A stretch of DNA of 64,000 nucleotides from Sedimentisphaerales bacterium (GTDB taxonomy: Bacteria > Planctomycetota > Phycisphaerae > Sedimentisphaerales > Anaerobacaceae), in NCBI GenBank assembly GCA_963708075.1, contig OY970194.1, positions 3,040,001 through 3,104,000 of the forward strand, in the 5' to 3' direction. Positions within the stretch are counted from its first letter, which is position 1, and every line of letters starts with the position of its first letter. Under the pieces are notes generated by a model. The model was not told the origin of the DNA and did not search any database. It saw only the letters and a list, made by a program, of their open reading frames with translations. Below, one piece after another: positions 1-9,228 of the stretch. Position numbers and translations under genes: made by a program.

Positions 1-621
1 GAGGCCGCCAAAGCCTGGCCAGGGTCGTTCTTCGATCAGCGACGCGCCCTGCGGGCGCTGGTCGGCGGCAAAGGCAACAAGAAGAAAGTCTTTTACACCG
101 TCGATAAGCACCTCAAGGGCCTGTTCATCTCGGCCTACCAGTCGGACCTGTTCAATCGCGTGCTCGCCGCCCGCATGCCGCACATCGAAAAGATGCTCCT
201 CGGCGATATGGCCTATAAGCACGTCAACGGGGCGTGCTTCCGCGTCGAGCAGCCGGAAGTGGAGCAGCCCCGCTGCGACAGCTTCGAGATCAGCCCCACC
301 GGTCCCCTGCTCGGCGGGCGTCTCACCCGGCTCACGGGCCCCGCCGGCGAGATCGAGAACCCGATCCTCGACGGCGAGAATCTAAGCGATCTGGACATGC
401 GACAGATGAAGCACTTCGGCGCCCGCGGCGGCCGGCGTCCCTTGCGATTCCAGCCCCGAAGCGCCGCCGTCGTGACCGGCGAGGACGACTTGGGGCCTTA
501 CCTGGAGCTGGCCTTCGAGCTCGACTCCGGCTGCTACGCCACCGCACTGCTGGCCGAACTCACCAAGGACCGCGCCACGGAAGCCGCCGAGCCGGAGGAA
601 GGAAACGAGCACAATACATAA
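1..621 (+). CDS. truD: tRNA pseudouridine(13) synthase TruD, C-terminal part (5' truncated by window)
   Basis: FISAYQSDLFNRVL, ISPTGPL, GGRRPLRF and LAFELDSGCYATALLAEL match the TruD C-terminus. Confidence 0.9.
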   Translation, partial: EAAKAWPGSFFDQRRALRALVGGKGNKKKVFYTVDKHLKGLFISAYQSDLFNRVLAARMPHIEKMLLGDMAYKHVNGACFRVEQPEVEQPRCDSFEISPTGPLLGGRLTRLTGPAGEIENPILDGENLSDLDMRQMKHFGARGGRRPLRFQPRSAAVVTGEDDLGPYLELAFELDSGCYATALLAELTKDRATEAAEPEEGNEHNT

Positions 622-836
622 GACTTTGCCCGTGCGTTCGTGCTCCACAATCAACCAACCTGCAGATTATTCTACCCTTGCGGCATAGCGAAGCGCAATC
701 CGATGGCAGGGATCTCAGCCCTGTCGCCGAAGCATTCATGGTGCGACACAATCCTGTCGATAAATGATGGATGCGCCCGGTTCTCGGGGCCCCGTACAAC
801 CGACAAAGACGCGTAAAGACTGTGGAGATAGCATAG

Positions 837-1262
837 ATGATCAAAGCAAGCGCGATCATGAAGACGGATGTCATTACCGTGACGAAGGGTGAGGACATCC
901 ACGAGGCCATACGTGTCATGGTTCTGAACAACATCACCGGCCTGCCCGTCGTCAATGGTGACGGCACGATGGCAGGCATCCTCACGGAGAAAGACGTCCT
1001 GAAACTGCTTCACAGCGGCCAGGACAAGCCCGGCACGGTCGAGGAGTTCATGACGACGAGCGTGGTTTGTTTCGAGCAGGACGACAATCTCACGGACATC
1101 GTGGACTGCCTCATGCTGAACCGCTTCCGCCGGGTCCCCATCCTCAACAGGGGCAGGCTCGTCGGCATCATCAGCCGCAAGGATCTCATCCGGCACATCA
1201 GCAATCCCAAGCAGGGTGTCAAAAGCTCCCAGAAGAAGGACGTTGTGGAGATTGTATACTGA
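837..1262 (+). CDS. CBS domain pair protein
   Basis: Two CBS motifs (ITGLPVV..GILTEKDVL; FRRVPIL..LVGIISRKDL); GGAG SD upstream. Confidence 0.9.
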   Translation: MIKASAIMKTDVITVTKGEDIHEAIRVMVLNNITGLPVVNGDGTMAGILTEKDVLKLLHSGQDKPGTVEEFMTTSVVCFEQDDNLTDIVDCLMLNRFRRVPILNRGRLVGIISRKDLIRHISNPKQGVKSSQKKDVVEIVY

Positions 1263-1382
1263 CGGCCATCTGCTATAATCAGGGATAATGCCGGCCGGTC
1301 AGAAATGTGCCGCCCGGAGGAAGAACACCAGGACGACCCGAAGCTTCACGCAAAACACTCGGTCGCGGAAGGAGTGGAGGAT

Positions 1383-3287
1383 ATGTCGCGGCAAGCCGTT
1401 GTCTGGATCGTCGTCGCGTCCGTTCTTGTCGCCTTTTGGCCTGTCCCTGTAACAGGTGAATCCCTGCCCGCGCATACGGGCACCCGCCTCCTGCAAAGCG
1501 GCGGCCTGATGGTCGAGGTCGGTGACCCCGACTTGCCCGAATGCAAATGGAACAGAGGACTGCGGTTCTCGCCCGTGGCCAACGTGCTTCGCGTGCAACT
1601 CGACGGCCGGGAGTTCCTGTATTCGCCCGTTGGCGGCGGGGCTTTGAGCTATCTCGGCGGACTGCCGATGGAGTTCGATATCGGCCAGGAGGCGTTTCAG
1701 CCGGACCCACCGGGCTACAACGAAGGCGTGAACGGCGACCCATTTCTCAAAATCGGCGTCGGCATCCTGCGACGTGACACCAGCGCATACAATTTCTCCA
1801 CCAATTACCCGGTAGTCGAGCTGGCCCGCTCGACCGTGACGTGGGAACGCGACCGGGCCCATTTTATCCAAACGCTGTCCGGAAGTGCGAAAGGCTACTC
1901 CTGCCGGCTCGAGGAGGACCTGATCGTCAAGAATGACCGGCTCATCATGAGCTACGTGCTGCGAAACACCGGGACGAAGCGGTTCACGACAGAGCAGTAT
2001 ATCCACAACTTCGTGTGCTTCAGCGGCCACACGGTCGGCCCGAACGTAAAGATTTCGTTCCCGTATGCCTTCACGGCCTCGCCCGACGTGACGCCCTGGT
2101 CGCCGCCGGGCAAAGTGAGGGCCCTCCTGCCCGCCGCTGCGCCGGATGTAGTGCGCATTGGGAATGCTGTCGTTTACATGAACAAGATCTCCAGCGTTCC
2201 GAAGATCTGGATCTATAAGCCGCAGGACTATGCGGGCCCAGACTTGTTCGCGGCCGAGCACACGGAGACCTTGCAGCGATTGATCATCGACGCGTCAATC
2301 CCCGCCGCGTACGTGGGAATATGGACCACGGATTACCAGGTATCGCCCGAACAGTTCCTCCAAATCACCCTGGCGCCCGGCGAGGAGGCCAGGTTCACAC
2401 GGACGTACAGCTTCCGCACCGGCGACTCGGTCGCCGAGGACTGCACAGGTGATGGCACAGTGGATGGCAACGACCTGTCGCTCATGTCGTCCGCCTGGCT
2501 CAGCGGGCCCGCCGGCGCCCGATGGCAGCCATCGTGCGATCTCTCGCCGGCGAGTCCCGACAGAATCGACCTGTACGACCTGAGCGTCTTGGCAAGCCGC
2601 TGGCAACAGGAAGATGGATTGGCCTCGCCGACTGTCCATTGGCGGCTCGATGAGACAGCGGGAAGCACGGCTGTTGAGGAACAGGGACGGCGCAACGGCC
2701 TGCTGCACAACTTCCCTGATGATGGCTCGCAGTGGGTCGAGGCCGTGAATGGTGGCGGGCTGCGCTTCGATGGGATCGATGATCTCGTGGAAATCAGCAG
2801 CAATTCGGAAATCTATGGCACGCGTCCCCGCGCGGTGACCGCCTGGATCAAACTGACCGATAAGCCCATGGACAATCAGACGATCCTCGTCTGGGGCACG
2901 CCGGAGCCCGGCCGATACTGGCAGCTCGAAGTCGATGCGAATCGCAAATTCCGATTCTCTTGCGGCCCGGGCTCCGCCGTCGCATCCGGCAAGCTGATCG
3001 GCGACACTCAGTGGCATCATATCGCCGCTGTGCTCGACCCTATCGATCCCGGCAACCCGCACGTGAGCGACATACGGCTCTACGTGGACGCCCAGCCGCA
3101 GGCTGTCCTGGAACTGACTGAGCACCCGATCGATACAGCCAACATCGGCAACCTGAGGATAGGCGCCTCCTATGACCCCAGCGCCCCCCACTACTTCAAC
3201 GGCATCCTCGACGACGTGCAACTCTTCGATGCTGCCCTGGGCCCTGCCGACATTCAAGCACTGTACAGACAGGCATCCTCCAAATGA
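1383..3287 (+). CDS. Secreted protein: N-terminal beta-supersandwich-like domain, dockerin/EF-hand-like repeat, C-terminal LamG-like domain
   Basis: Signal peptide after GGAGG SD; DCTGDGTVDGNDL/DRIDLYDL dockerin-like motif; HWRLDE, LRFDG, QWHHIAAV, FNGILDDVQLFD LamG motifs. Confidence 0.75.
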   Translation: MSRQAVVWIVVASVLVAFWPVPVTGESLPAHTGTRLLQSGGLMVEVGDPDLPECKWNRGLRFSPVANVLRVQLDGREFLYSPVGGGALSYLGGLPMEFDIGQEAFQPDPPGYNEGVNGDPFLKIGVGILRRDTSAYNFSTNYPVVELARSTVTWERDRAHFIQTLSGSAKGYSCRLEEDLIVKNDRLIMSYVLRNTGTKRFTTEQYIHNFVCFSGHTVGPNVKISFPYAFTASPDVTPWSPPGKVRALLPAAAPDVVRIGNAVVYMNKISSVPKIWIYKPQDYAGPDLFAAEHTETLQRLIIDASIPAAYVGIWTTDYQVSPEQFLQITLAPGEEARFTRTYSFRTGDSVAEDCTGDGTVDGNDLSLMSSAWLSGPAGARWQPSCDLSPASPDRIDLYDLSVLASRWQQEDGLASPTVHWRLDETAGSTAVEEQGRRNGLLHNFPDDGSQWVEAVNGGGLRFDGIDDLVEISSNSEIYGTRPRAVTAWIKLTDKPMDNQTILVWGTPEPGRYWQLEVDANRKFRFSCGPGSAVASGKLIGDTQWHHIAAVLDPIDPGNPHVSDIRLYVDAQPQAVLELTEHPIDTANIGNLRIGASYDPSAPHYFNGILDDVQLFDAALGPADIQALYRQASSK

Positions 3288-3378
3288 CCTCAATGAGGCC
3301 TTGACTGCGTGCCTGTTCGGGACGATATAGTAAGGAAGACTCGACCTACTGATGATTTGACTTCTCGGAGACGCCGCG

Positions 3379-4137
3379 ATGGGGAACAGGCACAGGGGTT
3401 TCACGCTGATCGAGCTTCTGGTGGTGATCGCGATTATCGCGTTGCTGATGGGGATTCTCATGCCGGCCCTGAGCAAGGCGCGCAAGCAGGGCCGCGACGT
3501 GTACTGCCTGAGCAACCTCAAGCAACTTGGAATTGCACTGCAGATGTACGCGCAGGAGTACGACGATTTCATCCCGCGGGCCCTCGACAACAAGCAGGCA
3601 AAATGGGTTTTCGTCTTCATGCCCTTTCTCGGCGAGAAGTACCGGTCCCTTGCGGATTATCGCGAAGTCGATATCTACCAGTGCCCATCCTTTCCTCGCA
3701 CCGGCATCGGATCGAACAACGCCCGCAACGCCGAGCAAACGGTGGATTACGTGGTCAATGCGTGGGACATGGACAAACCCGGCCTGACCACCGGCAACAA
3801 GGGTCAGCAGAAGGATGACCCGACCAAGCTCCACTCCGTCAGGCAGACATCGCAACGGATCTATCTGGCCGACAATGAGGCGGGCGACTGGCGTCCCGTC
3901 GTCCGCGACAAGGACGAGCTGAATCTCCTGTCGAACCTGAACCTGCTGGACGTCTGGTCGACGACACACCTGCCCGCGTCGGACCAGACCGTTCGAGGCA
4001 ACAACCTGCACCGGCGAGTCGCCCAGGACCGCCATCGCAACCGCGGCTGCAACAACTTGTTCTTCGACGGCCATGCGGAATGGCTCAAAGCCGAGGACAA
4101 CACCGCTTTCTACTGGTGCGGCGTCAATGTCCCCTGA
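3379..4137 (+). CDS. Prepilin-type N-terminal cleavage/methylation protein with H-X9-DG domain (DUF1559-like)
   Basis: [26 protein letters not shown] and C-terminal [15 protein letters not shown]. Confidence 0.9.
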   Translation: MGNRHRGFTLIELLVVIAIIALLMGILMPALSKARKQGRDVYCLSNLKQLGIALQMYAQEYDDFIPRALDNKQAKWVFVFMPFLGEKYRSLADYREVDIYQCPSFPRTGIGSNNARNAEQTVDYVVNAWDMDKPGLTTGNKGQQKDDPTKLHSVRQTSQRIYLADNEAGDWRPVVRDKDELNLLSNLNLLDVWSTTHLPASDQTVRGNNLHRRVAQDRHRNRGCNNLFFDGHAEWLKAEDNTAFYWCGVNVP

Positions 4138-5437
4138 GCGCGCACATCGTAGCACCAGAGGCTATCGTGGTAACGGAGATAGAGCCAGCCGTCAAGTAGG
4201 ACGGGGTGGGCCCAGGCGTCGCGGACTCGCTCGGTGACAAGCTGAAACTGGCCGACAATCTCCAGGCCCGTCGCACCGGGCTTCAAGAGGGCGACAGTGC
4301 TGCGCTCGTCGAGGCAGTAAAGCCGGCCGTCGGCGTGGATGGCCGAGCCCGTGGTCAGGTCCTTGAACTCGTATTTCGTCCGGCCGCTCTGCCAATCGAT
4401 CGCGAGCCACTATTTGCACTCGCGGTAGCCCGCGGCGAACAGTGTGCCATCCACAAGCACCGCCCCGCCTGTCACGGCGTCGACGGGCGATGTCCACACG
4501 TGCTCCGCAGAGATCGCCCCGCCATCCGGGCGAAGGCGGTACTGTCGGCCATGCTCGGCGTATGGCGTCATGAAGAACACGCGGCCGGAGTCAAACACCG
4601 GCGTCGAGACGTTCACGCCATGCGGATTTCGCAGTGGGACCGTCCAGAGCAGCTCGCCCGTATCGGCGTCCACGCCAAAGCCGTGAGCCGAGGAGCAGTT
4701 GGCGATCATGCGGCGCCCGCCGTATCGGAACAGGATCGGCGAGCTGTGAGACGTGTTGTCCTCATCAAGCGGCTTCGTGGTCCATAGCGTCTGGCCTGTC
4801 CGCTTGTCGAGCGCTGCCATCAGGGCTTTTGTACCGCCCGGCGTGACGATCACGCGGTCGCCGTCGATCAACAGGCATTCACTGACCGCCCAGGTAATGT
4901 TCCTGCCCCCGAACTGCTCCAGGACGTTGAGGGTCCAGAGTTCATTGCCCGTGGCGGCATCGAGGCAGGTCACGCGTCCATGCGCGTTCATGTGATACAG
5001 CCGGCCCTCCGAATACGCGCAGCATGCCCGCGCGCCGGGATAAGGCCCCTTCCACGCCTTGCCGTTCTTCGCCCGCCAGATCGGCTTGCCCCCGAGATCG
5101 AACGCGAACACAATCAGATCGTCGCCCACATCGCCGGTAATGAACAGTCGGCCTCCCGTAATGATCGGCGAGGACCAGCCGGCGCCAAGACCGTCGATCT
5201 TCCACAACAGCTTCGGACCACCCTCGGGCCAAGCCGGCAGGAGATTCTTCTCGTCGGACATGCCATCGCGCCGCGCCCGCGCCACTGCGGCCAACCCGAC
5301 TCTGGCGAAGCCATCAATCCATCCACAGTCACAGGACCCGCCTCCACACCTGCCGCGACACATGACAGCGAAAGCACCGCGGCGATCACGCACCGTAAGA
5401 GGCGATTTGCTCTAATTTCGTCCGCATATACCGTCAT
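4110..5437 (-). pseudogene. PQQ-binding-like beta-propeller protein, broken by a frameshift (~5275) and an in-frame TAG (4410-4412)
   Basis: Signal peptide and WPQWRG in one frame continue as RRDG...GAGWSSPII in another; after the TAG the same frame continues WLAIDWQSG...AWAHPVLLDG..LYLRYHDSLWCYDV. Confidence 0.75.
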
Positions 5438-5551
5438 TGTTATTTCCAAGCCAATCATGCCAAGCAGATTCCGGGACACATCATAGCGCAGGCCGCAGGC
5501 CTGTTCAATAGACTTGCTCGGTTCTTGCTGCACCGAAAATGCGATTGTCGG

Positions 5552-6211
5552 CTATTTCACGTAGAAGCTATAGGTGTGCCTGCAGGTGTCACACAGGAAT
5601 GAAGTTCCGCCGAGAGGCTCGAAGTGGTATGGCGTGAACCGCTTGAGGGATTGAACCTGATCGAGAGGAACGGGGACAAGATCAGGCGTGTCGTTCCAGC
5701 CAAGCACGAAGATGCCTCGCGGATTGAGAATGACGTGGACCGCGGCGAATGCCGTTTCGATAGCGTCCCGGTCGTTCAGTCCCCAGCCGAACACGCCATT
5801 CATCAGCACGAAATCAAAGTAGTCCTCGGCAAAATGGTTTGTCAGATTCGCGGCGCTGTCGGTGATATGATCAGGGGCGCCAAAGCGGGCTCTCTGTGCA
5901 TCCCAATCCAGTGTCCAAAGCTCCCGGCCCTCGAAGAACTCGTTATAGAAAGCTTCGTACGGCTCTCTACCAATATCGAGCACCGTCTCAGGCTCGAACC
6001 GCGATAAGATGAAAGGGATGATGATCTGCTCGAGCACGTTTCTGTCCTCATACGCCGACCTCTCGGCAGCCACATGCCTGGCGACCACGTTGCGGGCAAA
6101 CCTGCGGTAGTATGCATCCCGAGCCGCCTGGATTGACCGGTTGTCTACGGAGCCTTCAGCAAATCGGGTTGCCATCTTCTCGCGAATTCTCGTTTTCGCA
6201 GTCTGTATCAA
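5552..6211 (-). CDS. Class I SAM-dependent methyltransferase-like protein
   Basis: VLDIG motif I, FDFVLMNGVFG, ILNPRGIFVL; start overlaps the upstream hydrolase stop. Confidence 0.7.
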   Translation of the reverse strand: MIQTAKTRIREKMATRFAEGSVDNRSIQAARDAYYRRFARNVVARHVAAERSAYEDRNVLEQIIIPFILSRFEPETVLDIGREPYEAFYNEFFEGRELWTLDWDAQRARFGAPDHITDSAANLTNHFAEDYFDFVLMNGVFGWGLNDRDAIETAFAAVHVILNPRGIFVLGWNDTPDLVPVPLDQVQSLKRFTPYHFEPLGGTSFLCDTCRHTYSFYVK

Positions 6212-7386
6212 CTCTCTCTGACTTCATCGAAGAGCGGCGTAGAGCCCTGGCGGACGCACTCGGCGGCATAGATGTACAGGGCGGCCGACCAGGTCTGCCA
6301 GTCCTGACCCTTCGGCTGACCGGTCTGGGCCTGGTGCCATTCATTGAATCCAAATGCCAGGTCCGGGTTCTTCGCTTGGCGGACCAGTTCGGTCAGGACC
6401 GCCAGTTTCTCTTCAGCCAGTCGCTTCTTCCCAGCCGCCACGATCGCCGCCACGTAGAAGCCGCAGATGAAGGGCCATACGCCGCCATTGCAGTAGCATC
6501 CCGGCGGATTGAACCGCTCGACGCGGCTCAGATAGTCCGGATCGCCATGACGCATGAAGGGAAACAGGCACGGGGGCAGATCGACCGCCAGCTCTCTGTG
6601 CTTCCGCAGATGCTCACATTCCTCCTCAATCCACGCCACCATGTTCTCGGCACGGCTGGGCGAAGCCAGGCCCGACAGGATCGCCAGGCTGTTGCCCATC
6701 AGATCAAAGCGCTCGCTGCCGTACTCCTTGAAGGCCCACAGGGCGAAGTAGGGTTTGTGGGGCAGGAGCAAGCCGCGATGCACGTGCCCATGGCTCTCCG
6801 CGCTGGTCACGGCGAAGCGATGCATGAGGTCGTACAACTCCGAAGCCTTCTTGCGCTCGCCGAACAGCTTTAGATAGGTATAGACCAGCGCATTGACGTA
6901 CAGCCCGTAGCCAGGCACCCACTGCTCGTCGCGCCAGTCGGTGGTCGGTTGCTGATCTACCATGACGCGGTTCTCGGGACTGCGATAGGCCATCCACGTC
7001 AAGGCCTTCTGAGCCGCCTGCTCCAGGAAGCTCTTCTCGCCCGTAACGCGCCGGTACATCGCCACGGCCACCAGGAACAGAGGCGTCGTATCGCTTGCTC
7101 CCAGGTGCTCAGAACTATGCGCAAGCGAGGGTATGTGCCCCAGAGGCGTCTGATTGTCGGCCAGGCTCTTGAGCACCTGCCGCAGGGAGGTCATCAATTC
7201 CTTGTCTTTCGTCACCAGGGCAGCCAGGCTGGAAAGCAACAGATCGCGCGTGTAGGGCTCCGGATAGCCCCAGGCAGCCGTCCGCGGCAACCCGTGGTAG
7301 TTGCCGCACATGTTGTTATAGAGCACCTCCCGGGCGGCTTGCACGGCCTCGTCCACTGCCGGCCAGATGTCGGTCATCGTGCCCAT
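6208..7386 (-). CDS. (alpha/alpha)6 glycoside hydrolase, GH100 invertase / amylo-alpha-1,6-glucosidase-like
   Basis: YTRD, GHIPS, DTTPLF, DWRD, YCNGGVWP, FNEW, QTWSAALY motifs. Confidence 0.75.
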   Translation of the reverse strand: MGTMTDIWPAVDEAVQAAREVLYNNMCGNYHGLPRTAAWGYPEPYTRDLLLSSLAALVTKDKELMTSLRQVLKSLADNQTPLGHIPSLAHSSEHLGASDTTPLFLVAVAMYRRVTGEKSFLEQAAQKALTWMAYRSPENRVMVDQQPTTDWRDEQWVPGYGLYVNALVYTYLKLFGERKKASELYDLMHRFAVTSAESHGHVHRGLLLPHKPYFALWAFKEYGSERFDLMGNSLAILSGLASPSRAENMVAWIEEECEHLRKHRELAVDLPPCLFPFMRHGDPDYLSRVERFNPPGCYCNGGVWPFICGFYVAAIVAAGKKRLAEEKLAVLTELVRQAKNPDLAFGFNEWHQAQTGQPKGQDWQTWSAALYIYAAECVRQGSTPLFDEVRES

Positions 7387-7642
7387 AGGCTCTCAAACAT
7401 AAGAATCATCTCTCATGTACCCATCAGAACTACCTCAAAAACACTCCTACGGAAGGCAACACAGCGTCAGGATCAGCAAATCTCGCATTTGCCCGCGCTA
7501 CAATGCTTAGAACACCTGATCGAGCGAGAGCAGACCGAGCCCCGCCGGCATGCCAACCCTCCGAAAAGAACGATCCGAGGGACCGCCGGGGGTGTGGTCG
7601 GAATTTGGTGGCGGCGTGTAGCCGCCGTGTGCGGACAGCGCC

Positions 7643-7925
7643 TCTTTCGTCCCTTACGGGACTGGCTTCTGTCCTCGGCCCCGGTTCCCCAGCGATGAAT
7701 CGCTGGGCTATTCTCTATCGCCCTGCGGGCTTGAACTGCGCCTGGACGGGTTGATCACTATCCCACAGGCGTTGCGGCTATTGGCTATCGCCCTGCGGGC
7801 TTGGACTTCGCTCCAGTCCTCTTGCGTCGGCCCGTCCGCCCCACGGGGGCGATCGACACTAGCCCACCGTTTCAACGGTGGGTACGATAGTCAATCCTAT
7901 CTCCAAGCCCCGTAGGGGCGAAAGA
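7643..7925. repeat. Composite REP/REPIN-like palindromic element: two inverted units plus a partial unit
   Basis: TCTTTCGTCCCTTACGGGAC...CCCAGCGATGAATCGCTGGGCTA...TCGCCCTGCGGGCT (7643-7731) mirrored by GCCCCACGGGGGCGA...TAGCCCACCGTTTCAACGGTGGG...GCCCCGTAGGGGCGAAAGA (7838-7925). Confidence 0.7.
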
Positions 7926-8037
7926 AGACTGGGCTGCGCTCTTGTGTCGGCTGGAATCCGAATCCGCCACCGTATGCCGACCGCACCCACCGCCGGAATC
8001 CAAGGATTATCCTGTTGCACACCGCCTCAATATATGG

Positions 8038-8053
8038 TTAAATGTACATTTAA
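8038..8053. promoter_or_regulatory. Perfect 16-bp palindrome, candidate operator
   Basis: TTAAATGTACATTTAA is its own reverse complement; starts 17 bp after TTGCAC (8015-8020), upstream of the ORF at 8098. Confidence 0.5.
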
Positions 8054-8097
8054 TGGGGGTAACCACCGTATCATGGGTTTTAGGGCAGTATGGAATC

Positions 8098-8358
8098 ATG
8101 AACAGGAAGGTTTGCCAGCAAAGGCGTCAGTACCGGGAAACCATCCCGGGCGCAGACAAGGCAACGTATCAGAAGAAGTATGACAAGGCGATGTCCGGAC
8201 GTGATCCGAAGGCGGCGATCGCGGCCAAGTGCCTGGACTGCATGCACTGGCAACGGACGCGGATTCGCGAGTGCCCCATCGCATGTTGTCCGCTCTGGCC
8301 CTATCGTCCCTTCGTGGGCAACGCCGAGGCCGCGGCGGACGCCCTGACGAAGATGTAG
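8098..8358 (+). CDS. Small Cys-rich hypothetical protein (phage/MGE-type putative Zn-binding)
   Basis: AIAAKCLDC-x10-CPIACCPLWPYRP motif. Confidence 0.6.
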   Translation: MNRKVCQQRRQYRETIPGADKATYQKKYDKAMSGRDPKAAIAAKCLDCMHWQRTRIRECPIACCPLWPYRPFVGNAEAAADALTKM

Positions 8359-8579
8359 CGGCTGATGCAGTCATAAAGGGGCACTGCTCCGGAGGCCGCA
8401 CCCTTTTGGGGTTATGGTCGGAGCAGTGCCCCAGTCCATCCGTGGACCCTGATTCTCCCGGCCATCCGTGGTTCTCCGATGATACCGAGGATGACCCTCG
8501 ATATAGAGACTGAATCCGTCATGGCCGCCAACACTCCGGCGGGTAGACTATGCTTAGATGACCACCTCCATCCGGCTGA

Positions 8580-8852
8580 TTATGTGTTTGTCATGGCCGC
8601 CGGACAGGCAAACCAGCGAAAGATGCTTTTCATGCGACGACGGGAGAGAAATCCATCAGAGAGCCAGCTCGTGCGATCATCCGCGGCCGGCGTCAATGCG
8701 ACTCGTGCACGACGAAACGAAACACCACCCTCACTCTGCAACAGACGCCCTCCTGCCTCGGTCTCTCCCGACAGCAGACCAAGAGCCCCGATACTTCTAA
8801 AGAAAAACCGCTGCCCATCCAGGAATGGCTTGCGGTCAGTGATCCTTGCCAT
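8580..8852 (-). CDS. Candidate small orphan protein (90 aa) or gene remnant
   Basis: Strong SD AGGAGGAG 5 nt before the ATG; downstream of a consensus promoter; no recognisable domain. Confidence 0.35.
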   Translation of the reverse strand: MARITDRKPFLDGQRFFFRSIGALGLLSGETEAGGRLLQSEGGVSFRRARVALTPAADDRTSWLSDGFLSRRRMKSIFRWFACPAAMTNT

Positions 8853-8989
8853 CTACACTCCTCCTGAGCTCGAGAGCAAACCATCGGGCCCGTCCCATCC
8901 ATCCGACGAGCCACCCTCCCGGCTTTCCTCACCGTGCCTTCTCATTGCCCGATGCAGCCGTGTGACCACTGCATCGACAACTGAGTGAC

Positions 8990-9017
8990 ATTATAGGTCC
9001 CGTTGTCGGTTTGTCAA
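8990..9017 (-). promoter_or_regulatory. Consensus sigma70 promoter
   Basis: Minus strand TTGACA-N16-TATAAT, both hexamers perfect. Confidence 0.7.
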
Positions 9018-9228
9018 TCGGGGAGATTGCCTAATTCTGTGCATGTGGCCACGTGAAGGCATCACAAGGGCAGCGACGTCACGCCTCGGGAAACGAACAG
9101 GTGATGCTGCAGCAAATGCTATGTCGCGCTCTCATCGGCAGTTATGTTTTCAATACCGGAGCAGCCGTGTCGAAAGCCCCGCACACAGGCCGCCAGGGCC
9201 GGCAGGCAAAAATTTTTTCGCAAGGCGT

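Noticed and set aside
4410..4412. Genome-wide TAG recoding
   Set aside because: Many intact genes here (tkt, PFL-family, redoxin, CBM9 paralogs) terminate at TAG at the expected length.
8606..8630. c-di-GMP-I riboswitch-like GGCAAACC..GAAA
   Set aside because: The P2 stem pairs poorly and the downstream GACGCAAA motif is missing.
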